NCBI GenBank assembly: GCA_963757545.1
Contig: CAVWSA010000025.1
Span: 6,898 to 70,897 of the forward strand
Source of the DNA: an uncultured Actinomycetes bacterium
GTDB lineage: Bacteria > Actinomycetota > Actinomycetes > Streptosporangiales > Streptosporangiaceae
Direction of reading: 5' to 3'
Length of the DNA: 64,000 bases
Shown: positions 27,244-38,078 of the stretch, in pieces
Layout of the letters: the number at the start of each line of letters is the position of its first letter
Numbering within the stretch: position 1 is the stretch's first letter
The notes under the pieces: generated by a model
The model's input: the letters and a program-made list of their open reading frames with translations, nothing else
The model's database searches: none
Told to the model about the DNA's origin: nothing
Program-made: the position numbers and the translations under genes

Positions 27244-28075
27244 GTGCGCATCCAGTCCCCCGCGGAGTCCCCCGTCCCGTCCGCTCCCGCCCGGCCTGGT
27301 TAGCCCTCATTGCGGCTAGCGCCTTGCCCTGCCGCTCGCCCTGGCCCCCGCGGCCAGCGCGAGCTCGGTCAACTACGTGGCGCTCGGTGACTCCTACTCC
27401 TCCGGGGTGGGCGCGGGCAGCTACACCAGCTCCAGCGGGTCCTGCGACCGGAGCACGGACGCCTACTCGCAGCTGTGGGCCAACGCCAACGACCCGGCTT
27501 CGTATGTCTCGGTGGCCTGCTCGGGCGCGACGACCTCGACGGTGATCAGCAGCCAGCTGTCCGCGCTCAGCACCGCGACGACGCTGGTGTCGATCACCAT
27601 CGGCGGTAACGACATCGGGTTCAGCAGCGTGATGGAGACCTGCGTGCTGGAAGGGTGGGACTGCGTGAGCGCGGTGGACAACGCGGAAAGCGAGGCCGAG
27701 AACCAGCTGCCCGGCGAGCTGGACTCGGTGCTGGCCGACATCAAGGCCGACGCGCCGAACGCCCGGGTCGTGGTGCTCGACTATCCCGAGCTCTACGACC
27801 TGTCCCGGTCGTCCGGCTGCATCGGGCTGAGCACCAGCAACCGCACCGCGCTGAACCAGGGCGCGCAGATCCTGGACAGCGAGATCCAGGCGGCGGCGGG
27901 CCGCTACGGCGACGTGTTCGCCGACGCGGCGAATCAGTTCGCCGGGCACGAGATCTGTGACTCGTCGAGCTGGCTGCACTCGGTCAATGTCCTCGATATC
28001 AGCGAGTCCTACCATCCGACCGCGGCCGGCCAGGCTGACGGGTACTACCCGGTGTTCAGCGCGGCGGCCGGCTGA
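27244..28075 (+). pseudogene. secreted SGNH/GDSL hydrolase, two frame changes within the signal-peptide region (about 27262 and 27325)
   Basis: GAGGAGG precedes GTG 27244 (VRIQSP...). The signal pieces RSRPAWLALIAASAL / ALPLALAPAASA are in different frames. The mature part has GDSYSSG, ITIGGNDIG and SYHPT blocks (track ORF 27377..28075). Confidence 0.75.
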
Positions 28076-28138
28076 GCTGATGCCGGGGCCCGGGTCCGCG
28101 CGGGGGCTGGCGGACCCGGGCCGGGGTAGGACGGACTC

Positions 28139-28961
28139 ATGCCTGTTCTCGTCGGCACATCCGGCTGGCAGTACCGCGACTGGCGCGGCTTGCTCTACCC
28201 CGAGGGGGTGCCGCAGCGCCGCTGGCTGGAGCACTACGCCAGCCAGTACGCGACGGTGGAGAACAACAACAGTTTCTACCGGCTGCCCAGCCGGGACACG
28301 TTCGCGGCCTGGCGGGACCGGACCCCGGACGGCTTCGTGATGGCGGTCAAGGCGAGCCGCTACCTCACCCATATCCGGCGGCTGCGCGACCCGGCCGAGC
28401 CGGTGGCCCGGCTGCTCGGCGCGGCGGCCGGGCTGGGCCCGCGGCTCGGCCCGGTGCTGCTGCAGCTGCCGCCGAACCTGGCCGCCGATCCGCCGCTGCT
28501 GGCCGCGTGCCTGGCCGAGTTCCGGCCGGCGGGCGAGGCCGCGGGCACCGGCCCGGTCCGGGTGGCGGTGGAACTGCGGCACGAGTCCTGGTGGGCCGGC
28601 GACGCAGGCGAACGAGGTGCAGCGGGTGCTGGCCGGGCACGACGCGGCGCTGTGCTGGGCGGACCGGCTGGGCCGCCCGGCCAGCCCGCTGTGGCGCACG
28701 GCCGGCTGGGGTTACCTGCGGCTGCACGAGGGCGCGGCCCAGCCGTGGCCGCGGTACGGCCGGGTGGCGCTGCGGTCCTGGGTGGAGCGGATCCAGGACG
28801 GCTGGCCTTCCGCGGCGGACGTGTACGTGTACTTCAACAACGACCCGGGCGGCGCGGCCGTCCGCGACTCGGTCACGTTCGCCGAGCTGGCCCGCCGGGC
28901 CGGGCTGACCGTCACCCGGACGCCGCCGGCCGGCCAGCTGTCTCAGCCGGCCGGCGGCTGA
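28139..28961 (+). pseudogene. DUF72 family protein, one frame change near 28600
   Basis: MPVLVGTSGWQYRDWRGLLYP...VELRHESWW is in frame 28139. EVQRVLAGHDAALCWADR...YVYFNNDPGGAAVRD is in frame 28617. The length is 3n+1. Confidence 0.8.
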
Positions 28962-29128
28962 CCGGTGAGCAACATCGGTGCCCCCAGGCCGCAAGCGTTC
29001 GCGCGTCACGGGCCGGCTCAGGTAACGATCCGATTGTCGTTCTTGCATTGCCGCTAGGTAAGGAGTGAGCATAGTCGCAGCCCCGCCCGGCGCCCCGGGG
29101 ACGGGCACGGGCAAGCGAGGGGTGGGGG

Positions 29129-31833
29129 ATGGGCAGGCTCGCCTGGTGGCAAGCGCGGTTCCGCCCTGCCCGCACGCTGGCGCTGATCGCCGGCCTGCTG
29201 GTCGCGGCGGCCGCGTTCACCGTGCTCACCGCGGCGTCGCGGACCGCGCAGCTGCGCACGACCGGCACAGTGTCGGCGAACTTCCGGCCCGCCTACGACA
29301 TCCTGGTCCGGCCGAAGGGAGCCAGGACCGCGCAGGAGAACCAGACCGGCACCGTGCAGCCGGACTTCCTGTCGGGCATCTATGGCGGGATCACGATGGC
29401 GCAGTACCACCAGATCCAGCGGATCCCCGGGGTCCAGGTCGCCGCGCCGATAGCGATGGTCGGCTACGCGCAGCTCAGTGCCGAAATGTTCGAGCCGGTG
29501 CCCGCCGCCGCGCTAGGCCGGTCCGGCCCCCGGCTGTACCGGATCTCCACCACCTGGGTCAGCGACAACGGCGCCAGCCGCGTCACGCAGCCGCCGGGAT
29601 ACCTGTACGTGACGCCGCTACGACTCACCGGCGGTTCCAGCAGCAAGTCGGGGCCAGGGCTGCGTTCCGGATGCGGGGCGGCCAGCATCCCGCCACCGGG
29701 AACGAACCCGTTCGGCACGGCCGCGCAGTCCTACCGACTGTGCTGGTCCCGGGTGAACCAGAGCGACATGCCGCCGGCACTGGGCGCGGCCAGTCCCACC
29801 AAGGCAGGTTACTTCGTCGAGTGGACCGTCCCGATGCTGATCGCGGCTATCGACCCGGCCGCCGAGGCGGAACTGGACGGGCTGAACAAGGCGGTCGTCT
29901 CCGGCAGGTACCTGACCGAGAACGAGAGCGCCCGCGGCTCGATATTGCCGGTCCTGCCGGTACTGGCCTCCTCCGCCAGTGGCATGAGCGAGTACGCGCA
30001 GACCACCTTGCAGCAGCTGGCCGCCCGGCTGCGAAGCCTGACGTGAACGCGGCCTGGAAGAGCGCGCGGGCGTCGGCTCCCGGCCGCACGGTGGCCACCG
30101 TGCGCACCACGGCCCAGCAGGCCTACAACGCCGTGCTCAAGGAGCCCGGGACGGCTGTCCTGGGAAACCTGACTGGCACTCCGGTGGCCGGCTACTGGTC
30201 GGTCGGCCCGGTGGCCTACCAGCGCACCCCAGCCGGAGCGCTGGCACCGCGTCAGGTGGTCAACCGCCGGTCGGTCTGGGACACCGGCAGCCTGGCTTCG
30301 GTCGCCATGGACGACGAGAACAGCCAGTACCGGACGGTGACCTCGCACATCACGTCGGGCGGCGGCTTGCCGTTCGCCCTGATCAAGATCAGTGGTGTCT
30401 TTGACCCGACCAGGATCAGGTCGTTTTCCCCGTTGTCCCGGGTGCCGCTGGGCGCCTACCAGCCGGTGACCGCGGCGCCGGCGACCCCGGCCAGCCGCCG
30501 GGCGCTGCACGGGGGCGACCTGCTGCCCAGCCAGAACCTGGGTGGCCTGGTCAGCCAGCCGGTGAACCTCGATCACCACCTTGTCGGCGCTGCCGAAGCT
30601 GGAGAACAGCCTGGTGCTACCGCGGCGTGCCGGCCGCCGATCCGATCAGCGTGATCCGGGTCCGGGCCGCGGGCGTCACCGGGCCGGGTGCGCTGTCGCG
30701 GGAGCGGATCAACGCGGTCGCGCAGCAGATCGCCCAGCGCACCGGCCTGGATGTGGACGTCGTGGCCGGCTCCTCGCCGTCCCCGGTGACCATCGACCTG
30801 CCCGCGGGCAGGTTCGGGCCGCCGCCGCTGACGCTGTCCGAGAACTGGGTGAAAAAGGGCGTGGCGGTGGCGATCCTGAACGCGGTGGACAAGACCAGCG
30901 TGGTGCTGTTCACGCTGATCCTGGTGGTGTGCGTGCTGTTCGTCGGCAACGCCGCCACCGCGGCCGTGCGCGGGCGGCGGCGCGAGCTGGGGGTGCTCGC
31001 CGCAGTCGGCTGGCGCCGGTCGCGGCTGTTCGCCACCGCGCTGGGCGAGCTGGCCGGGATGGGGCTCGCCGCCGGGCTGCTGGCCGCGGCCATCGCGGTG
31101 CCTCTATCGGCCGGGCTGGGCCTGCGCGCCTCGCCCGGACGGGCACTGCTGGCGGTGCCCGTCGCGATGGCGGTGGCCGTCGTGCCCGCCGGGCTGAGCC
31201 AGGCCTGGCTGGCCGCCCGGGCCGACCCGGTCAGCTCGGTCCGGCCGCCGGTACTCGGCGGTCCGCCGCGCGCACCAGCCTCGGCGGGATCACCTCCCTG
31301 GCGCTGCTCAACGTGGCCCGCACCCCCGGCCGGACCCTGATCGGGGTGGCCAGCCTGGCCGTGGGCATCGCCGCGCTGACGATGCTGGCCGCGGTCACCT
31401 TCGCCTTCCGCGGCGTGGTCGTCGGATCGCTGCTCGGCAACGCCGTCACCGTCCAGGTCCGGGGACGTTGACTACGCCGCGGCCGGGGCGACGATCGCCC
31501 TGGGCGTGCTGGCCGTCGCCGACGTGGTGTTCCTGAACATCCGGGAGCGGGCGGCTGAGCTGGCCACCCTGCGCAGCTTCGGCTGGCGGGATACCGCGCT
31601 GGCCCGGCTGGTGATCACCGAGGGCACGATCATCGGGGTGCGTCGGCTCGCTGGCCGGCGCCGGGCTCGGGCTGGCCGCCGCGGCCTGGTTCGCCGGGCA
31701 ACTGCCCGCCCGGCTGCTGGCCATCGCGGTCGCCGCGGTGGCCGCCGGGATCATCATCACCGCCGCGGCCACCCTGCTGCCCGCCGCGCTGCTGCGCCGC
31801 CTGCCTCTCGCCCACCTGCTGGCGGAGGAGTAA
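29129..31833 (+). pseudogene. large (~900 aa) ABC-transporter permease with two FtsX-type domains, about six frame changes
   Basis: The pieces lie in ORFs 29129..30046, 29065..30654, 30581..31471, 30627..31340, 31506..31850 and a final frame ending LLRRLPLAHLLAEE. Frame switches are near 30040, 30573, 30620, 31265, 31468 and 31640. No ATPase partner is adjacent. Confidence 0.75.
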
Positions 31834-31864
31834 CGGCATCAGCCAGCTAGGCTGGGCAGCCCAG

Positions 31865-33369
31865 TCAATTGCTGACCGGGAAGCCGAGGTTGACCCCGCC
31901 GTGGCTCGGGTCGAGCCAGCGTGAGGTGACCGCCTTGCCCCGGGTGTAGAAGTGCACCCCCTCGGTGCCGTACACGTGGGTGTCGCCGAACAGCGAGGCC
32001 TTCCACCCGCCGAACGAGTAGTACGCCATCGGCACCGGGATCGGCACGTTCACGCCGACCATGCCCGCCTCGACGTCGAACACGAACCGGCGGGCCGCTC
32101 CCCCGTCGTTGGTGAAGATGGCCGTCCCGTTGCCGTACGGGTTCTCGCCGACCAGCCGGACCGCGTCGTCGTAGCTGGCCGCCCGGACCACGGACAGCAC
32201 CGGGCCGAAGATCTCGTCGGTGTAGCAGCCCATCCCCGGGGTGACGTGGTCGAGCACGCTGGGCCCGAGCCAGAACCCGGCGTCGGCCCCGCCGATCACC
32301 GGGTGCACCCGGCCGTCCACGGCCAGCGTGGCGCCCTCGCGGACCCCGGAATCCAGGTACGACGCGACCTTGTCCCGGTGCGCCGCGGTGACCAGCGGGC
32401 CCATCTCGGACCGCTCGTCGTTGCCCGGCCCGACCCGCAGCCGGGCCACCCGCTCTCTGATCTTGGCCACCAGCTCGTCGCCGATGGCGCCCACCGCGAC
32501 CAGCACCGAGACGGCCATGCACCGCTCACCCGCCGACCCGAAGCCGGCCGACACGGCCGCGTCGGCGGCCAGGTCCAGGTCGGCATCGGGCAGCACCACC
32601 ATGTGGTTCTTGGCCCCGCCCAGCGCCTGCACCCGCTTGCCGGCCGCGGTCCCGGTCTCATAGACATAACGCGCGATCGGGGTCGATCCCACGAAGCTGG
32701 CCGCGCGGACGTCCGGGTGGGTGAGCAGCGCGTCGACCGCTTCCTTGTCCCCCTGGACCACGTTGAACACGCCGTCCGGCAGGCCCGCCTCGGCCCACAG
32801 CCGGGCCAGCAGCAGCGAGGCCGACGGGTCCTTCTCGCGACGGCTTGAGCACGAACGTGTTGCCGCACGCGATGGCCAGCGGGAACATCCACATCGGCAC
32901 CATGGCCGGGAAGTTGAACGGGGTGATGCCGGCCACCACGCCGAGCGGCTGCCGGATCGAGTAGGCGTCCACGCCGGTGGACACGTTCTCCGAGAACCCG
33001 CCCTTGAGCAGGTGCGGGATGCCGCAGGCGAACTCCACCACCTCGAGGCCGCGGGCCACCTCGCCGGCCGCGTCCGAGGTGACCTTGCCGTGCTCGGCGC
33101 TGACCAGCGCGGCCAGCTCACCGGCGTGCGCCACGAGCAGCTCGCGGAACCGGAACAGGATCGCGGTCCGCCGGGCCAGCGACACGCCGCGCCAGCCGGG
33201 GAACGCCTTGGCCGCCGCGGCCACCGCGTCGCCGACCACCGCGGCCGAGGCGAAGTTGACCGTGCCGGTCACCTGGCCGGTGGCCGGGTCGTAGATGTCA
33301 CCGTGCCGCTCGGCGCACGCCGGTCCAGCGGCTGGCCGCCGATCCAGTGGCTGATGTGCCTATGCTCAT
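31865..33369 (-). pseudogene. mmsA: CoA-acylating methylmalonate/malonate-semialdehyde dehydrogenase, about three frame changes (about 33350, 33305, 32838)
   Basis: ATG 33369 is preceded by GAGGAGG. HISHWIGGQP / DIYDPATGQVTGTVNFASAAV...FPLAIACGNTFVLKPS / EKDPSASLLLARLW...FGSAGERCMA (catalytic Cys)...NVPIPVPMAYYSFGGWK are spread over three frames. Confidence 0.8.
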
Positions 33370-34666
33370 CTGCCGGCCTCCTCGCTCGACCGCGCGCAGC
33401 GCGTCGGCCAGGATGCCCAGGCCCTCCTTGGCGTCGGCCTCGGACAGGTTCATTGGCGGGGCCATCCGCAGCGCGTGCCCGTACAGCCCGCCCTTGCCGA
33501 TCAGCAGGCCACGCTCCCGCGTCTCGGCCAGCATCCGGGTGGCCAGCGCCGGGCTGGGCGCCCCGGTGGCCGGGTTCGACCATGTCGATGGCGAACATCA
33601 GGCCCTTGCCGCGCACCTGGCCGACGGCCGGCAGCGCCGCCGCGGCCTCGCGCAGCCCGCCGATGATCATGCCGCCCAGCTGGGCGGCGTTGTGCTGCAG
33701 GTCATGGTCGAGCACGTAATCGAGGGTGGCGTTGGCGGCCGCGGTAGACAGCGGGTTGCCACCGAACGTGGAGATGCCGTTGCCGGGCAGCCCGTCCATT
33801 AGCGCGCCGCGGGCGATCACCCCGCCGATGGCGAAGCCGTTGCCGAGTCCCTTGGCGAACGTGATGATGTCCGGGGTCACGCCGTGCGCGCCGATGCCCC
33901 AGAAGTGCTCGCCGGTGCGGCCCCACCCGGTCTGCACCTCGTCCGAGATGAGCAGCGCGCCGCGCTCCCGGAGCACCGCCGCGTACTCGCCGAGCAGCCC
34001 GTCCGGCGGCATGGTGAACCCGCCGACGCCCTGCACCGGCTCGGCGATGAGGCAGGCCACGTCGCCGGCGGTCGCGGTGCTGAGCACGTGCCGCAGGTCC
34101 TGCACACAGGCCGCGGTGTACTGCGCGTCGTCCAGCCCGGCGAAGGCGGGCAGCTGCCGGTCGGTGCCGTGCAGGTAGTGCACGTTGAACGGGGCCAGCT
34201 GGGAGGGCTTCCACGCGCCGTTGCCGGTGATGGCGACCGCGCCGAACGAGCGGCCGTGGTAGCTGTTGCGCAGCGCCAGCACCTGGTTGGACCGGCGGGC
34301 CGCGGTGGCCAGCATCAGCGCCGTCTCGTTGGCCTCGGTGCCCGAATTGGTGAAGAACACCTTGGCGTTCTCGATGCCGGACAGCCGGGCCAGCTTCTCG
34401 GCCAGCTCCACCTGGTGCCGGATCAGGTACAGCGTCGAGGTGTGCACGATGCCGGTGTCCAGCTGGTCCTGCACCGCCTGGCGTACCTCAGGCACGTCGT
34501 AGCCGAGCATGTTGGTCAGGATCCCGCAGAAGAAGTCCAGGTAGCTGCGGCCGGAGGAGTCGGTGACCCGGCTGCCGCTGCCGCTGGTCAGCTCGAGCGG
34601 CTCGTCGTAGTAGAGGCCGACCCAGTTAGGGATGACGCGGCGGTGCCGCTCAAGGAGTTCGGACAT
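33366..34666 (-). pseudogene. class-III (omega-type) aminotransferase, frame change near 33570; 3' end inferred
   Basis: MSELLERHRRVIPNWVGLYYDEPLELTSGSGSRV...NSGTEANE...ISDEVQTGWGRTGEHFWG...ITFAKGLGNG (PLP Lys). The C-terminus MLAETRERGLLIGKGGLYGHALRMAPPMNLSEADAKEGLGILADALRAV is in another frame. The end is placed at the TGA of an ATGA overlap with mmsA, which needs one more correction near 33385. Confidence 0.7.
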
Positions 34667-34778
34667 GACCCTCAGTCTGCCCGGCGCCCGGCCGCCCGGG
34701 CCCCGGCATAGTGTCAGGAATCTGGCCTGGATCTTGACACTATGATCGAACTGGGCGGGCCAGCTGGGAGGTGGCCGA

Positions 34779-36430
34779 ATGCCGACGGTGGCCGAGGTGC
34801 TGCGGCTCACGTGGTGCAGCGCGGCCTGCCCCGGGTGCTGGCGGCCGCGGGCCAGCTGGACAAGCCGGTCCGCTGGGTGCATGTGATCGAGCTGCCGGAC
34901 GCGGCCCGGCTGCTGCACGGCGGGGAACTGGTGCTCAGCACGGGCATCGCGCTGCCCGACGAGGGACCGCAGCTGGACGCGTACGTGGCCGGGCTGGCCG
35001 GGGTAGGGGCCAGCGCGCTCGCCGTCGAGCTGGGCCGCAAGTACACCGGCGGGCTGCCGGCCGGCTTCGTGGCCGCGGCCGAGGCAAACCGCCTGCCGTT
35101 GATCGTCTTCCAGCATGAGGTCCCGTTCGTCGAGATCACCGAGGCGGTGCACGCCCGGATCATCAGCGACCAGCTGGACCAGTTGCGCACTTCGGCCCGG
35201 CTGCACGAGGTGTTCACCGATCTGGCCGTAGCCGGCGCCGGGCCAGCCGAGATCCTCCGCCAGGCCAGCCTGCTGGCGGGCCTGCCGCTGCTGCTCGAGG
35301 ACCTGTCGCATCACGTGCTGGCCGTCGAGCCGGCCGGGACCGACCCGGCCCAGCTGCTGGCCGGGTTCGAGGCCCGGTCCCGGGCCGTCCCGCCGTCCCC
35401 CCGGACCGGCTATCACGAGGGCTCCGGCTGGCTGGTGACCACGGTCGGCGCCCGGGGCGAGGACTGGGGCCGGGTCATCCTGGTCTGCGACGGCCCGCCC
35501 GGCCCGGTGGACACCGTGCTGGTCGAGCGGACCGCCACCACACTGGCCCTCGGCCGCCTGCTGGCCCGGCAGCAGGAGAGCCTGGAACGGCAGGCCCACC
35601 GCACGCTGATCAGCGCGATCCTGGCCGGCCCGGACGCCGATCCAGACGAGGTGGCGGCGCAGGCCCGGGCGCTCGGCGTGCCGGTTACCGGCCGCCAGCT
35701 GGTCACCGCGGTGCTCAGGTCGCCGGATCAGGGTGCCGGGCTGCTGGCCCAGGCCAGGGTGCTGGACCTGGCCGAGGCGGTGGCCGATGCCTGCCGGGCG
35801 GAACGGATCCCCGCGCTGGTCGGCTCGCTGGATGACGTCCGGGCCGGCGCGGTGCTGTCGGTGCCCAGCGCGGCCGACCCGGATCGGCTGCTGGGCCAGG
35901 TGTGCGAGGCGGTCCGCCGCGGGCTGGCCCGCCGGGCCAGCCGGCCCTACGGCATGCCGGGCGGCGACCCGGTGATCGGCGCGGGGGCCCCGGTCAGCAC
36001 CGTCGCGCAGGTGCGGCGCTCGCTGCTGGAAGCCCGGCAGGTGGCCGACGCGGCCGCCGAGGCTGGGCCGGGGACCGATGGCCGGCCGTTCTACCGGCTG
36101 GCCGACCTGCGGCTGCGCGGCCTGCTCTTCCTGCTCGGCGGGGACCCGCGGCTGGCCACGTTCGTGGACCGGGAACTTGGCCCGCTGCTCCGCTACGACG
36201 CGGCGCACGGCACCAGCCTGACCGGGGTGCTGGCCACCTACCTGGCCACCGGCGGCAACAAGGCCGAGACGGCCGCCCAGGCCCATCTGGCCCGGCCCAC
36301 CCTGTATGACCGGCTGCGGCACATCGAGCGCATCCTCGGCGTCGACCTCGGCTCGGCCGAATCGCGCGCCTCGCTGCACGTGGCCGTGCTGGCCCGGCAG
36401 CGGGCCCGCGGGACCCGGCCCGCCGGGTAG
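34779..36430 (+). pseudogene. PucR-family transcriptional regulator, one frame change near 34805
   Basis: ATG 34779 gives MPTVAEVLRL, then the frame of ORF 34742..36430 follows (VVQRGLPRVLAAAGQLDKPVRWVHVIELPD...). C-terminal HTH AETAAQAHLARPTLYDRLRHIERILG. The length is 3n+2. Confidence 0.75.
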
Positions 36431-36465
36431 CGAACCCCGGCCGGCCGGGCGGTTACCCGTGCCGG

Positions 36466-37966
36466 TCAGCCTTCCGGGTCGATGCCGTCGAACGCTGGCA
36501 CCCGCACCGTGCGATGGCCTGGCCTGCCGCCCAGGATCACCTGGCGCAGCGACACGTCGTTGCTGGTGTCCGTCTCGTACAGGACATGCTCCGGGTTGGC
36601 CCGGATCTCGATGTAGTACGTGCCGTTCGGCAGGTGGGTGATGTTGAACGACTGGCCGGCCACCGACTGGAAGTAGGTGTCAGCCCAGCCCAGCGGCAGC
36701 TCCTCCTGCACCCACAGCGCGGTCGGTGAGCCGCACTGGCCGCCGAAGCCGAGGAACGACGGCTGCCACACCGCGCCGGGCAGCAGCAGGTCCACCGGGT
36801 CGGTCGGCGCGATGCAGAAGCCCACCTTGCGGCTCGGCACGACCAGCTGCTGAGCCGAATTGAGCAAGGCGTACTGCGCGAACTGCTGGAAGTGCCAGTG
36901 GTTGTGGCCGTGCTTGGAGTCGAACCCCATGGTCCCGGCCCGGGCCCGGCCGATGACGTGCCCGCCCTGCCAGAAGTACTGGTACGCCTTCATGGTCGGC
37001 GAGCCGTTCGACCGGAACCCCTCGACATCGAGTGGCCCGTTACCGCCGATCGACACCGTGGCGCCAAAGTCCAGCTGACTCGGAGGCGGGGTGCTTCTTG
37101 GTCGCCCGGATGTTATCGACCGAGATCCCCCAGGACGGCAGCGGGACCAGGTCCGGTAGCGAACTGGCCGGCGGGCTGGCCAGCGTGCGCACCGCCGGCA
37201 AGGTGGGCAGCGCCCGGCTCCGCGGGATGGCCGGGCGGCCGCGGGCGCCGAGCGGCCCGCAGCACCCGGACGCCTTCACCACGGTGACCTTCACCGTGGC
37301 GGTGGCGTCGGCCGGGGTGATGTGCAGCAGCCGGGTGTACGGCGCCAGGATCGTCTCGGTCACCTTGTATGTGCCCAGGTTGAGCCGGTAGCCGACCGAG
37401 TTCTCTTCCAGCGGGTCCACCGCCCAGCCCTTGGCCACGCCCCAGACCAGCGACTTCGGGAACGGGTCGGCCACGCATTCCTGCGGGTAGGGCGAGGTGG
37501 CCGGGCTGTCCGGGGAGGCGCGCTCCGGGTCATAGCTGTCCGGGCAGAAGCCGACTTTCGAGCTGTCCAGCACCTTCCCCCGGGTCGTCGCCACCGTGAT
37601 CTGGAGGAAACGGCGCAGCTGGGACGGCACCCGCCCGATAAGCGTGGCCGGGAACGGCACCTGCTGCACCCCGCCGCCGGGCAGGTGGATGATCTGGGTC
37701 AGGGTGAGCGGCGAGGTGTAGCTCGCCCGCTGCACGTCGAACTCCAAGGCGGAGCCGAGCGACGCGGTCCAGATGCCCGGATCCATGAACACCACGTGAC
37801 CAAACCTGGGCAGCTTGACGCTGTTCTGCGCCGGGATCAGCTTCAGCTGCGGCCCGGCTGGGGTACTGGCCGCCGCGCCCGGCAGCCCGGGCGCGGTGAC
37901 CGACACGGCTGTTAATCCGGCCACCGCCACGGCCGCGGCGCGCAGCCGCAGTCTTGCTCTCGTCAT
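36466..37966 (-). pseudogene. secreted lysyl-oxidase-like (LOX catalytic domain) copper amine oxidase homologue, one frame change near 37076
   Basis: Signal MTRARLRLRAAAVAVAGLTAVSVTAPGLPGAAAS. The C-terminal domain has KHGHNHWHF (His-rich Cu site), RKVGFCIAPTD, GWADTYF and FNITHLPNGTYYIEIRANPEHVLYETDTSNDV. These parallel human LOX HSCHQHYH, HKASFCLEDT, CYDTY and [31 protein letters not shown], recalled from memory. Confidence 0.7.
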
Positions 37967-38078
37967 GGCAACTCCCCGTTCCGCCCCGGCCGCTAACCCA
38001 GCCGGAACTCGTGATGTGGCCCCCCTTACCGGGAACGTAATGCGCACATCACGGAAAGGCCAGGGTGGCTCGCCGCGG

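Noticed and set aside
33269-36379. 1036-aa ORF on the minus strand, the longest in the track
   Set aside because: Its first two thirds are Arg/Gly/Pro/Ala-rich nonsense antisense to the PucR gene, a typical open antisense frame in high-GC DNA. Only the 33.4-34.7 kb portion (MSELLERHRRV...) is a real aminotransferase, and the extreme 3' end reads into the mmsA N-terminus because of frame errors.
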